Shown here: positions 57,175 through 64,000 of the stretch, in pieces | How the letters are laid out: every line of letters begins with the position of its first letter | Position numbering within the stretch: position 1 is the stretch's first letter | Program-made: the position numbers and the translations under genes | From: a virus | Taxonomy: Duplodnaviria; Caudoviricetes | Reading direction: 5' to 3' (one strand) | IMG/VR virus record: IMGVR_UViG_3300031088_000008 | Coordinates: 192,001 to 256,000 of that record | DNA: 64,000 nucleotides | The notes under the pieces: generated by a model | What the model was told of the DNA's origin: nothing | The model's database searches: none | What the model saw: only the letters and a program-made list of their open reading frames with translations

Positions 57175-57389
57175 ATCGCTGGATTATTGAATACTACGAC
57201 AACCTGTGGTATCGTCGCGGCTCCAAGGTAAAGCGGGGATCCTGGACTGCCAAGGACTCGGTGGACCGTATGGAGGCCGCTGACACGTTTGAAACGCTCG
57301 CGGAAGCGCAAAAGGCCAAGGTTGCACGCCTGGTGCGCCGTTACGTTGAAGTAGTCGTGACCATGCAGGAAACCGGCAACGCCGTTTAG
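57171..57389 (+). CDS. Hypothetical protein
   Basis: GTGA overlap. Confidence 0.6.
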   Translation: MNRWIIEYYDNLWYRRGSKVKRGSWTAKDSVDRMEAADTFETLAEAQKAKVARLVRRYVEVVVTMQETGNAV

Positions 57390-57727
57390 TCCATGACTCC
57401 GGACAGCTTGGCTGCCACGATGTTGCCACCCTTCAGAAATACTTCCTGAAGCTTTTTCAGCTCTTCGATCCGAGTGGCAGCAGTGTCGGCCTTTTCCCTG
57501 ATCTTGGATCCATCGTCACAGATATAGGGGATAACCTTTAGCCAGCCCTCCATTTCCGCTGTGAATACATGGTTGTGGTCGACATCAGCCAAGTTGGTCT
57601 TGGTCCACTGATCCATTCGAGTAACGGTCTTTTTCAGGACTTCCATTACCACGAGGCTATTTTCCAGCCGTCGGAGTTCATCCGAGATTGTGATAAAGGC
57701 TCGTTCATTGGGAGTCATCTCTGCCAT
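57386..57727 (-). CDS. Helical hypothetical protein
   Basis: Minus-strand ORF with AGAAGG RBS. Confidence 0.6.
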   Translation of the reverse strand: MAEMTPNERAFITISDELRRLENSLVVMEVLKKTVTRMDQWTKTNLADVDHNHVFTAEMEGWLKVIPYICDDGSKIREKADTAATRIEELKKLQEVFLKGGNIVAAKLSGVMD

Positions 57728-57816
57728 CCTTCTCTTATAGCAGGTTTCCACTACGTTTCAATAACTGGTTGCCCTGGCGCCCAGTCCTGCTATTGTGGAG
57801 ATCAGAGGAGATCACG

Positions 57817-57978
57817 ATGGCACTTGGACCCCGGCACCCTGCAGACACGATGACCTACGAGGACTGGGTTGAGCGCTGCGCCGACTATCGGACCCGAGAG
57901 CTGTGGGAAATGCTCAAGTATGCCGAGGGCAAGCGTGATGCAGCCCTCAAGGCCAAACGATTCAGAAAGGTTGCCTAA
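57817..57978 (+). CDS. Small hypothetical protein
   Basis: Promoter plus GAGGAG. Confidence 0.6.
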   Translation: MALGPRHPADTMTYEDWVERCADYRTRELWEMLKYAEGKRDAALKAKRFRKVA

Positions 57979-58304
57979 TGGACACCAACAATCCCATTGA
58001 TATCGTGCGGCATTTTGCCCGCGAGATCAACAACGGCCGGACTCTCTTCGACATTCATGCCCACGGCGAGCGTGAGATGGTTGAGCTCAAGGATGAGCTG
58101 ATCGCAGACGTGGACCAGAGTGATCATGGTTCCGATGGTGTGGTCGGCGAAGCCATCGACGTAATCGCTTGTATGCTGGACGCTATCTTTGTATATCGTC
58201 CGGAGACAACCGACGAGGAAATCACAACTATCCTGCTTGCCAAGTGCCAGAAGTGGTCACGACGTTACCGGGATAGTGTGGAAGGAGACCGATCCATTGA
58301 CTGA
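57978..58304 (+). CDS. MazG-like nucleotide pyrophosphohydrolase
   Basis: E..EL.DE...GEAIDVIAC.LD...KCQKW. Confidence 0.65.
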   Translation: MDTNNPIDIVRHFAREINNGRTLFDIHAHGEREMVELKDELIADVDQSDHGSDGVVGEAIDVIACMLDAIFVYRPETTDEEITTILLAKCQKWSRRYRDSVEGDRSID

Positions 58305-58554
58305 GAAGCTTCCACCCTTTTGGGCAGTCCGTCAGGCACTTGGGCTCAGCAGCAACGATGTTCGCATCATCAGCCACGATACCGGCGTTGATACGGATGC
58401 CATCGACCATGAGCCCATCGAGGCCTTGGGTGTTCTGGCCGACACCATGAACAACTATCATGGTCAGATGCGGTTGACAATCCTCAATCCAGACAACAGT
58501 GTGTTCAAGCAGTGGAATGTTACCACTGATGGATACTTGCAGGAGATCGAATAA
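58297..58554 (+). CDS. Hypothetical protein
   Basis: AAGGAG plus TTG. Confidence 0.6.
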   Translation: MTEKLPPFWAVRQALGLSSNDVRIISHDTGVDTDAIDHEPIEALGVLADTMNNYHGQMRLTILNPDNSVFKQWNVTTDGYLQEIE

Positions 58555-58871
58555 TGGCCGTTGACATGGCTACCCTGAAGGCAGTCACGTTCGGCGATCC
58601 CGAATCGAGCCTGACCGTCAAGCGAAAGTGGCTGGGAGAAGTCTACAAACTTCTGGTCGAAGGCGCGCAAGCCAAAGCTGATCTGGCCCATCTGAAGGCC
58701 AAGGTCGCTGAGCACAACAAGATGCTGGAAGCCCACAACGCTGGTCTTCGTCGTCCCAGTGATCGCGACATGGACGAGGGCTTCGCGCAGATGGACGAGG
58801 GAATGGGCAAGATCTTCGGCGAGGGCGGTGCCTTTGACACGATCTTTGGCAAGGGTCGGAAGCGACGCTGA
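58554..58871 (+). CDS. Hypothetical protein
   Basis: AGGAG; TAATG overlap. Confidence 0.65.
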   Translation: MAVDMATLKAVTFGDPESSLTVKRKWLGEVYKLLVEGAQAKADLAHLKAKVAEHNKMLEAHNAGLRRPSDRDMDEGFAQMDEGMGKIFGEGGAFDTIFGKGRKRR

Positions 58872-59053
58872 TGTCAAGGCAATCCGACATCATAGATCGG
58901 ATGACAGAGAAGATGCGAGAGGAGGCCGAGACTGGTCTTCCTGATCGCATCTTCCGTCACATCAATTTCAGAGCCCTTGCCCTCTCGGCATACCTGGCAA
59001 TACGAACAGACTTAAAGGAGATCGATGATGGCGATCAATCTGTGGCACCATGA
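58871..59053 (+). CDS. Small hypothetical protein
   Basis: TGATG overlap. Confidence 0.55.
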   Translation: MSRQSDIIDRMTEKMREEAETGLPDRIFRHINFRALALSAYLAIRTDLKEIDDGDQSVAP

Positions 59054-59261
59054 AGAAGAGCCGGGCTACGACAAGAACAAAAGCACAACCGCTTTTACCA
59101 AGTGGCGCGTTCTCGTAATGGAACGTCTGGGTCAGCTCAACCAGCAGGGTAACGATGCGGCGGTTCAGACCATGCACGCCTATGGTCTGGAAGCTCTGGG
59201 CACCTCGTATGAGGATGGCACCACGGCCGAGGAACTGGCTCAGAAGCTGAACAGCAAGTGA
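59025..59261 (+). CDS. Hypothetical protein
   Basis: AAAGGAG RBS. Confidence 0.65.
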   Translation: MMAINLWHHEEEPGYDKNKSTTAFTKWRVLVMERLGQLNQQGNDAAVQTMHAYGLEALGTSYEDGTTAEELAQKLNSK

Positions 59262-59421
59262 TCGGCTGGATCAAAGGCCTATTCAGGAGGTCGCGGAGCA
59301 TTCCACTTCGTGTGGGCGATGTTGCTCCCGACAGCTTGCTGAATCGCGAACCAGGTACAAATATCGGGGCCTTTGTTTCCATCGACCCCGACACCAAAAT
59401 CATCACCGCGATCTTTATACC

Positions 59422-59805
59422 TTAGTAGGTCAGTTCCTCCTGCCCCTCAAGCTGCCCATACTGCATTACCAGCAACGTTAGCTCGATGACCAGCATCGCG
59501 CGCTCCTCGATCTCGACCGGGCCCCAAACGTCCCCAAAGTCCTTCCGATCCAAATACCAGCCGTTGTCGCCAGTTTTCTTAATTGCCATCGTGCCATCTT
59601 TTAGCACGTTTACCAGCTGCTCGCCGTATGCAAGACCAACAGCGTACCAGCTGCCCGGCTTCGCACCATAGCTGTTCGTGATCATGCGCTTTCGCTGTAT
59701 CATGTAGCGCGTCGTCGAACCCTGCCCCAAAGTGATCCGCAGACCAAAAGCCTTCAAAGTCTTGTTAATTGCCTTCTTTGCTTTTGCGTCGATCTCTAAG
59801 TGCAT
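59422..59805 (-). CDS. Hypothetical early protein
   Basis: Promoter cassette on minus strand plus GGAG. Confidence 0.7.
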   Translation of the reverse strand: MHLEIDAKAKKAINKTLKAFGLRITLGQGSTTRYMIQRKRMITNSYGAKPGSWYAVGLAYGEQLVNVLKDGTMAIKKTGDNGWYLDRKDFGDVWGPVEIEERAMLVIELTLLVMQYGQLEGQEELTY

Positions 59806-59827
59806 TTTGTTACTCCGCTTTGTGCGT

Positions 59828-59984
59828 TTCCGATAAACAGACATTAGCATAAACCAGAGTTACTGCAACCAGTTTTACGCAAAAAGGGCAATTTTGCGCG
59901 CATTTTTTAGTTCAATTATTTTTGAAACTGAGTACTTTTTTGCTTGCGCGTTTCCAGTTTTATGCTAATGTCTGTTTATCGGAA
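59828..59984. repeat. 26 bp perfect inverted repeat forming divergent promoter-leader pair
   Basis: TTTATGCTAATGTCTGTTTATCGGAA at 59959-59984 and its reverse complement at 59828-59853. Confidence 0.85.
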
Positions 59985-60007
59985 GCAAACAAACAAAGGA
60001 CTACAAA

Positions 60008-60355
60008 ATGAGCAAGATCGAAAACACGCTTGTTGTGCGCGCTGCAATCCAGACTGCAAACACTTTCAATGACGACACGCTGTACAACTGGGCATCAGAC
60101 TTGACGCTGCACAACAACAATGAGCACGCAAGCGTTGACGTAACAAACGATGAGCTTGACGACACGTTTGAAGCAGACATGAAAGCACTGGGACATGATA
60201 CTGACGCAGTGTACAACATGACTGACAATGAGTTGCAGTTGACTGGGCGCGCTTTTGTTTATGAAGCGATGGAACTTAAGGGCAACAACAGCAAAGTTAT
60301 TGCAGCTTACAAAAAAGCAATTAAGCAGCGCACAAAGTGGCTTAAGACGCGTTAA
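60008..60355 (+). CDS. Hypothetical protein with acidic core and atypical CC-poor DNA
   Basis: AAAGGA RBS; followed by AGCGCGCT hairpin plus T-run. Confidence 0.75.
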   Translation: MSKIENTLVVRAAIQTANTFNDDTLYNWASDLTLHNNNEHASVDVTNDELDDTFEADMKALGHDTDAVYNMTDNELQLTGRAFVYEAMELKGNNSKVIAAYKKAIKQRTKWLKTR

Positions 60356-60364
60356 GCAAAAGAG

Positions 60365-60394
60365 AGCGCGCTGGGAAACTAGCGCGCTTTTTTG
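60365..60394 (+). terminator. Rho-independent terminator
   Basis: AGCGCGCT-GGGAAACT-AGCGCGCT-TTTTT. Confidence 0.75.
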
Positions 60395-60458
60395 TGACTA
60401 AACTGGTTGACGCGTTCCAGTCTGGCACTATGTTGAATGGAACAACAGGAGATCGAAA

Positions 60459-61487
60459 TTGGAAATTCGTAACGAAAAGACCAACATGGTCATGGAGCCC
60501 GCGCTCAAGAGGGCACTGGAAATTGTCCGCGAGGCACGGAACTTCGTGGTCGAGGACTACATCGAACGAAAGACCATTCTCCTCAACGACTACTATCGTC
60601 AGGCAGGGCTCAAGTCCGCCGTTGTCGCAGTGTCGGGCGGCATCGACAGCGCAGTCGTCCTCGGCCTCGTGGAAATGGCTGCTCGGGCCGACAACAGCCC
60701 CATCGAGCGCATCGTGGCAATCACAATGCCCGACAACGTCAACCCAGGGGTCACGGGCCAGAAGCAGGCCACGCGGCTCGCACAGGAAGTCTGCGAGGCT
60801 TTTGGTGTCAAGGCCGCAGTGATCAATATGAGCCGAATCACTGGTCCACTGATCGCAGAGGTCGAGAGCGCAGTCGGGTATCCCAGCGACGAAAAGGAAC
60901 TGTGGTGCGCTGGTCAGGCAACCAGCTACGCACGGACGCCCGCTTACTATTACGTGACCAGCATCCTGGCAGCACAGGGTCAGCCTGGCCTGATGATCGG
61001 CACGACCAATCTTTCGGAGGGCGGCTATCTGGGATACTTCGGCAAGGCCAGCGATGGCATGGTCGACGTTCAGCTGATCAGCGATGCGTACAAGAGTGAG
61101 ATCTACGATCTGGGTCGTTTCCTGGGTGTGCCCGAGGAGGTCCTGAATCGCGCCCCAACTGGCGATATGTATGACGCGACGACCGACGAGGTTGTGTTCG
61201 GCGCTCCATATGATTTCGTGGAGCTCTACATGGAGTTCAAGCGCGCTGGTGCTCGACAGCTTGCCTATGGTGGCGTCGACAGTGTGGTCTATGATGTCAC
61301 GCGCTGCCTGAGCATCGGCAACAATCTCCCAGCAGCCCAGGCACAGTGGGAGGAATATTCGGAAAACCTGGAGCGTATGCACAAGTACAACTCCCACAAA
61401 TATCTGGGTAGGTCGCCTGCTGTCCACCTTGACATCCTGGATTGTGGTGTTACTGGTGGCTGGAACAACACTCCCTGGAGGGCATGA
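60459..61487 (+). CDS. nadE: NH3-dependent NAD+ synthetase
   Basis: VVAVSGGIDSAVV PP-loop, GTTNLSE..LGYFGK.SDG, I.DAYKSEIY.LG..LGVP, PTGDM. Confidence 0.9.
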   Translation: MEIRNEKTNMVMEPALKRALEIVREARNFVVEDYIERKTILLNDYYRQAGLKSAVVAVSGGIDSAVVLGLVEMAARADNSPIERIVAITMPDNVNPGVTGQKQATRLAQEVCEAFGVKAAVINMSRITGPLIAEVESAVGYPSDEKELWCAGQATSYARTPAYYYVTSILAAQGQPGLMIGTTNLSEGGYLGYFGKASDGMVDVQLISDAYKSEIYDLGRFLGVPEEVLNRAPTGDMYDATTDEVVFGAPYDFVELYMEFKRAGARQLAYGGVDSVVYDVTRCLSIGNNLPAAQAQWEEYSENLERMHKYNSHKYLGRSPAVHLDILDCGVTGGWNNTPWRA

Positions 61488-61645
61488 TGAGCCATTACGG
61501 ACAGGTTATCGCAGAGATCGAAATGCGCGAAGCGGCACGAAAGGTAGAGGCCCAGAAGGCCGCTGATGCCGCGGCTGCCAAGAACCATCGCGCATGGCTT
61601 CGGCTTTGCGGTATGATGGATCCAATCGGTCGTCTCCAGGACTGA
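61484..61645 (+). CDS. Small hypothetical protein
   Basis: ATGA overlap. Confidence 0.5.
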   Translation: MMSHYGQVIAEIEMREAARKVEAQKAADAAAAKNHRAWLRLCGMMDPIGRLQD

Positions 61646-61646
61646 T

Positions 61647-62417
61647 GTGATGGTTGACAAGTCCAACTTTGTAAACCACTTCGAACTCGATGATGCTGCA
61701 CAGGCTTCCATCGACGATAGCTGGGGCGTTCTGCCCGGTCGGACCTTCGAGAATGTTCCCGGCACCCCACACAGCGTGGAAGTGATCGACAATCTGTTGG
61801 GCTGGCAGATCACCGCGACGCTCCGGGAGCAGCTGGACAAGAACAAGTGGCTGGCAGTGGGACTGGATGGCAAAGCCGACCATACCTACAATGAGATCGG
61901 AAACTACAGGCTTTCCAACTGGAACCCCGCGCTGGCGGAACGCATCTGGGAACGCCTGCGGCCCTTCTATGGTGACCGGATGCTCTGTGAAGCAACCTCG
62001 CCCACCGATCACGACGGCTACCCCGTATGGCGCCCCATTGGCGTATCTCCGCTATTCCGTTACATTCGGTACGCAGAAGGCGGAAAGCTGGTTGCCCACT
62101 ATGACGAGACGTTTCGTCAAAGCCGTGAGATCAGGACCCTGGAAACGCTGGTCATTTACTTGACCACTAACGAGCATGGCGCGACACGATTCATCCACGA
62201 CGAGCAAGTAGGAAAGCCCATGTGGGAATACAACTTCTCGGACTGGGATCGCAGTGCTCGAGAGGATGAGGTAGCCCTTCGCGTGGCACCACAGGAAGGT
62301 TCCGCGCTATTGTTCCCGCATCGTATGCTCCACGACAGCGAGCCACTGGCAGTCGGTGATCCTGAGAAGATCATCATCCGCACCGACATTTTGTTTGAAA
62401 GGGTTCCCCTTGCCTGA
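61647..62417 (+). CDS. 2OG-Fe(II) oxygenase (prolyl-4-hydroxylase-like)
   Basis: FRYIRY..GG..VAHYD, LVIYL, GATRF, P..G.ALLF.H...H, IIRTDI. Confidence 0.85.
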   Translation: MMVDKSNFVNHFELDDAAQASIDDSWGVLPGRTFENVPGTPHSVEVIDNLLGWQITATLREQLDKNKWLAVGLDGKADHTYNEIGNYRLSNWNPALAERIWERLRPFYGDRMLCEATSPTDHDGYPVWRPIGVSPLFRYIRYAEGGKLVAHYDETFRQSREIRTLETLVIYLTTNEHGATRFIHDEQVGKPMWEYNFSDWDRSAREDEVALRVAPQEGSALLFPHRMLHDSEPLAVGDPEKIIIRTDILFERVPLA

Positions 62418-62418
62418 G

Positions 62419-62577
62419 ATGTTTCTCATCTTCCTCGGCGTCATTGCCAGCATCGTCGTAACAGCAATCAAGGCGCTTTTCGCCATCACGGCCTTTGGTT
62501 GGCTCGCCTGTTGGATTCCGCTTCTCATCGCAGTGGTGATCGTTCTGCTCATGAACGGCATCGACTTTTGGGATTAA
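62419..62577 (+). CDS. Small membrane protein
   Basis: Two hydrophobic segments. Confidence 0.6.
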   Translation: MFLIFLGVIASIVVTAIKALFAITAFGWLACWIPLLIAVVIVLLMNGIDFWD

Positions 62578-62694
62578 CCAAGGCGTAGGTTGTAATTAAC
62601 CTGCACTCCAGTTTAACATCCTTAATATATCGCAACACTTTTTAATCAAAAACGTTGCGATTTTTGTTTGACAGCCCTGCAGAATTGTCGCAGC

Positions 62695-62710
62695 TTAACT
62701 ACAGCTTAAC
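62695..62710 (+). promoter_or_regulatory. CtrA-binding box
   Basis: TTAA-CTACAGC-TTAAC matches TTAA-N7-TTAAC. Confidence 0.65.
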
Positions 62711-62734
62711 GCTTTGTTAGGCCTTAGGAGATCG

Positions 62735-63385
62735 ATGATGAAGCACATCTTTATGGGCGCCGTTGCGGCGCTGGCACTGACGGTTGCGGGCGCGGCTTCG
62801 GCACAGTCCAACACACAGTCGAACAGCAACAGCGCATCGCAGAGCGGTTCGCAGGCCTCGACGACGACCATCAACAATGGTCAGAACGCCTTCAGCACGA
62901 TGGGCTTCTCCAATCAGGGCGGCACCAACAACGCCGGCCAGTCGGCCAACATCAACGGCACGTTCAACGGCAACGGCAACACGATCGGTTCGTCCGCATC
63001 AGGTTTCAACACCACGTTGGGCGGTTCGGCCAATGATGCGTTCGCGCGCTTCGAGAGCAATGGCACGGCATACAGCCAGACCAGCGTGACGCCGTTCGAG
63101 ACCACAACGACCAGCAACCACTCGGGCTTCGCAACGGGCACCGTTGACAATGGCGGCGCGTTCCAGGCTTCGGTCCAGACGTTCGGTCAGAGCAATGGCG
63201 GTTCGGCCTTCTCGGTTCGCGTCGACGGTGGCTACACTGCCTACGAAAACACCACGGGGTATGCCAACCAGGCTTCCAACTACTCCAACTACCAGGCCGC
63301 CCAGTCGTCCTTCCAGGACTTCTCGGCCAGCAACAGCAACTCCAACAGCGCCAGCAACTCGCATAGCGACGAGTCGAACAACTGA
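62735..63385 (+). CDS. Secreted Ser/Asn/Gln/Gly-rich low-complexity protein
   Basis: Signal peptide ending ASA-Q; AGGAG RBS. Confidence 0.75.
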   Translation: MMKHIFMGAVAALALTVAGAASAQSNTQSNSNSASQSGSQASTTTINNGQNAFSTMGFSNQGGTNNAGQSANINGTFNGNGNTIGSSASGFNTTLGGSANDAFARFESNGTAYSQTSVTPFETTTTSNHSGFATGTVDNGGAFQASVQTFGQSNGGSAFSVRVDGGYTAYENTTGYANQASNYSNYQAAQSSFQDFSASNSNSNSASNSHSDESNN

Positions 63386-63395
63386 GCCAACTCCC

Positions 63396-63426
63396 TGGGA
63401 GGGGCCTAAAACCCCTCCCAACTTTT
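63396..63426 (+). terminator. Terminator hairpin
   Basis: TGGGAGGGG-loop-CCCCTCCCA then TTTT. Confidence 0.65.
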
Positions 63427-63451
63427 AATCCGTGAAACTAAGGGGAGAGAG

Positions 63452-64000
63452 ATGCGTAAACTCATTCTATTGTTGAGCATGTTGCTCAGCGGTCCGGCTC
63501 TGGCACAGACCACAGACGGAAACGCCAATGGTTCCACACCGGGTACCAACAGCACAACTGGTACCAGTCAAGCAACGAACGTAGTGAACGTTCAAGCAAT
63601 CACAGGTCCCCAGACCAATGTCCCGCAAAAGCAGGATGTCAACTATAGCGGCCACACCTACACGACTCCGAGTGTTAGTGGCAGTTACTTTGCTGGTGCT
63701 AACCCATGCTTGGTTGGTACTGGTGTGGGGGGCGCAGGTGGTCCCATCGGCTTCAACATCAACATCGGCAAGAATGACCAGGACTGTACGCGGAGAAGTG
63801 ACGCAGCAGCGTGGTTTGCGCTTGGACTCTCGGGCGTCGCAGTCACACGCCTCTGCCAAGATCGAGACAGCCGCAACCCAATGAACGCCGACGCCTTCTA
63901 CAGCGCAACTGGCTTCGCATGTCCGGGCAGCAACACCAAGGGCCGGTACAAGCTGGCAGATGGTACGCTGGCTCCCTATGCCATGCTGGGCAATGCGATG
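63452..64000 (+). CDS. Secreted protein, partial (runs off window)
   Basis: MRKLILLLSMLLSGPALAQ signal peptide; open frame to the end. Confidence 0.7.
   Translation, partial: MRKLILLLSMLLSGPALAQTTDGNANGSTPGTNSTTGTSQATNVVNVQAITGPQTNVPQKQDVNYSGHTYTTPSVSGSYFAGANPCLVGTGVGGAGGPIGFNINIGKNDQDCTRRSDAAAWFALGLSGVAVTRLCQDRDSRNPMNADAFYSATGFACPGSNTKGRYKLADGTLAPYAMLGNAM

Larger units (their letters stand above)
34556..60435 (+). promoter_or_regulatory. Dispersed family of ~30 early promoter/leader cassettes
   Basis: GGTTG(A/C)-N~17-TG(C/T)TA at e.g. 34556, 35812, 36359, 38970, 39746, 41155, 41831, 44726, 45921, 47736, 52754, 54622, 56466, 60403. Confidence 0.85.

Noticed and set aside
60342-61427. 361 aa minus-strand ORF and similar long antisense ORFs (54036..54869, 45957..46781, 22703..23521)
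   Set aside because: Shadows of well-supported genes on the opposite strand

Overview
This window is part of a large lytic dsDNA phage genome, most likely a T4-like or jumbo myophage of an alphaproteobacterium. That call is inferred from TAAATA late-promoter boxes, GGTTG(A/C)-N~17-TG(C/T)TA host-type promoters, a perfect CtrA box and gp23/gp9-like motifs. It has five parts. (1) 1-2.6 kb: late structural genes and small ORFs. (2) 2.58-18.85 kb: an array of about 53 small, Trp-rich paralogous genes that share almost only a C-terminal motif, A-[ML]-[LM]-F-K-L-x-[WF]-(GG). They lie in two convergent, translationally coupled arms around a peptidase M15 endolysin, and some neighbours carry identical DNA copies of the motif, which suggests cassette-like expansion. 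Two members also carry peptides resembling major capsid protein. (3) 18.85-20.14 kb: a non-coding locus packed with CTATAG palindromes (possible origin, packaging or leader site). (4) 20.1-34.5 kb: tail/baseplate genes, including a duplicated three-gene Ig-domain/beta-propeller module whose Ig folds appear split between polypeptides. (5) 34.6-64 kb: early/accessory genes behind repeated promoter-leader cassettes, including an Acb1-like 2H phosphoesterase, TrpRS, NadE, a 2OG-Fe(II) oxygenase, an L,D-transpeptidase, UDG-like and MazG-like proteins, and two candidate structured RNAs. No database searches were run; functional calls rest on motifs recognised by eye, and counts are manual.
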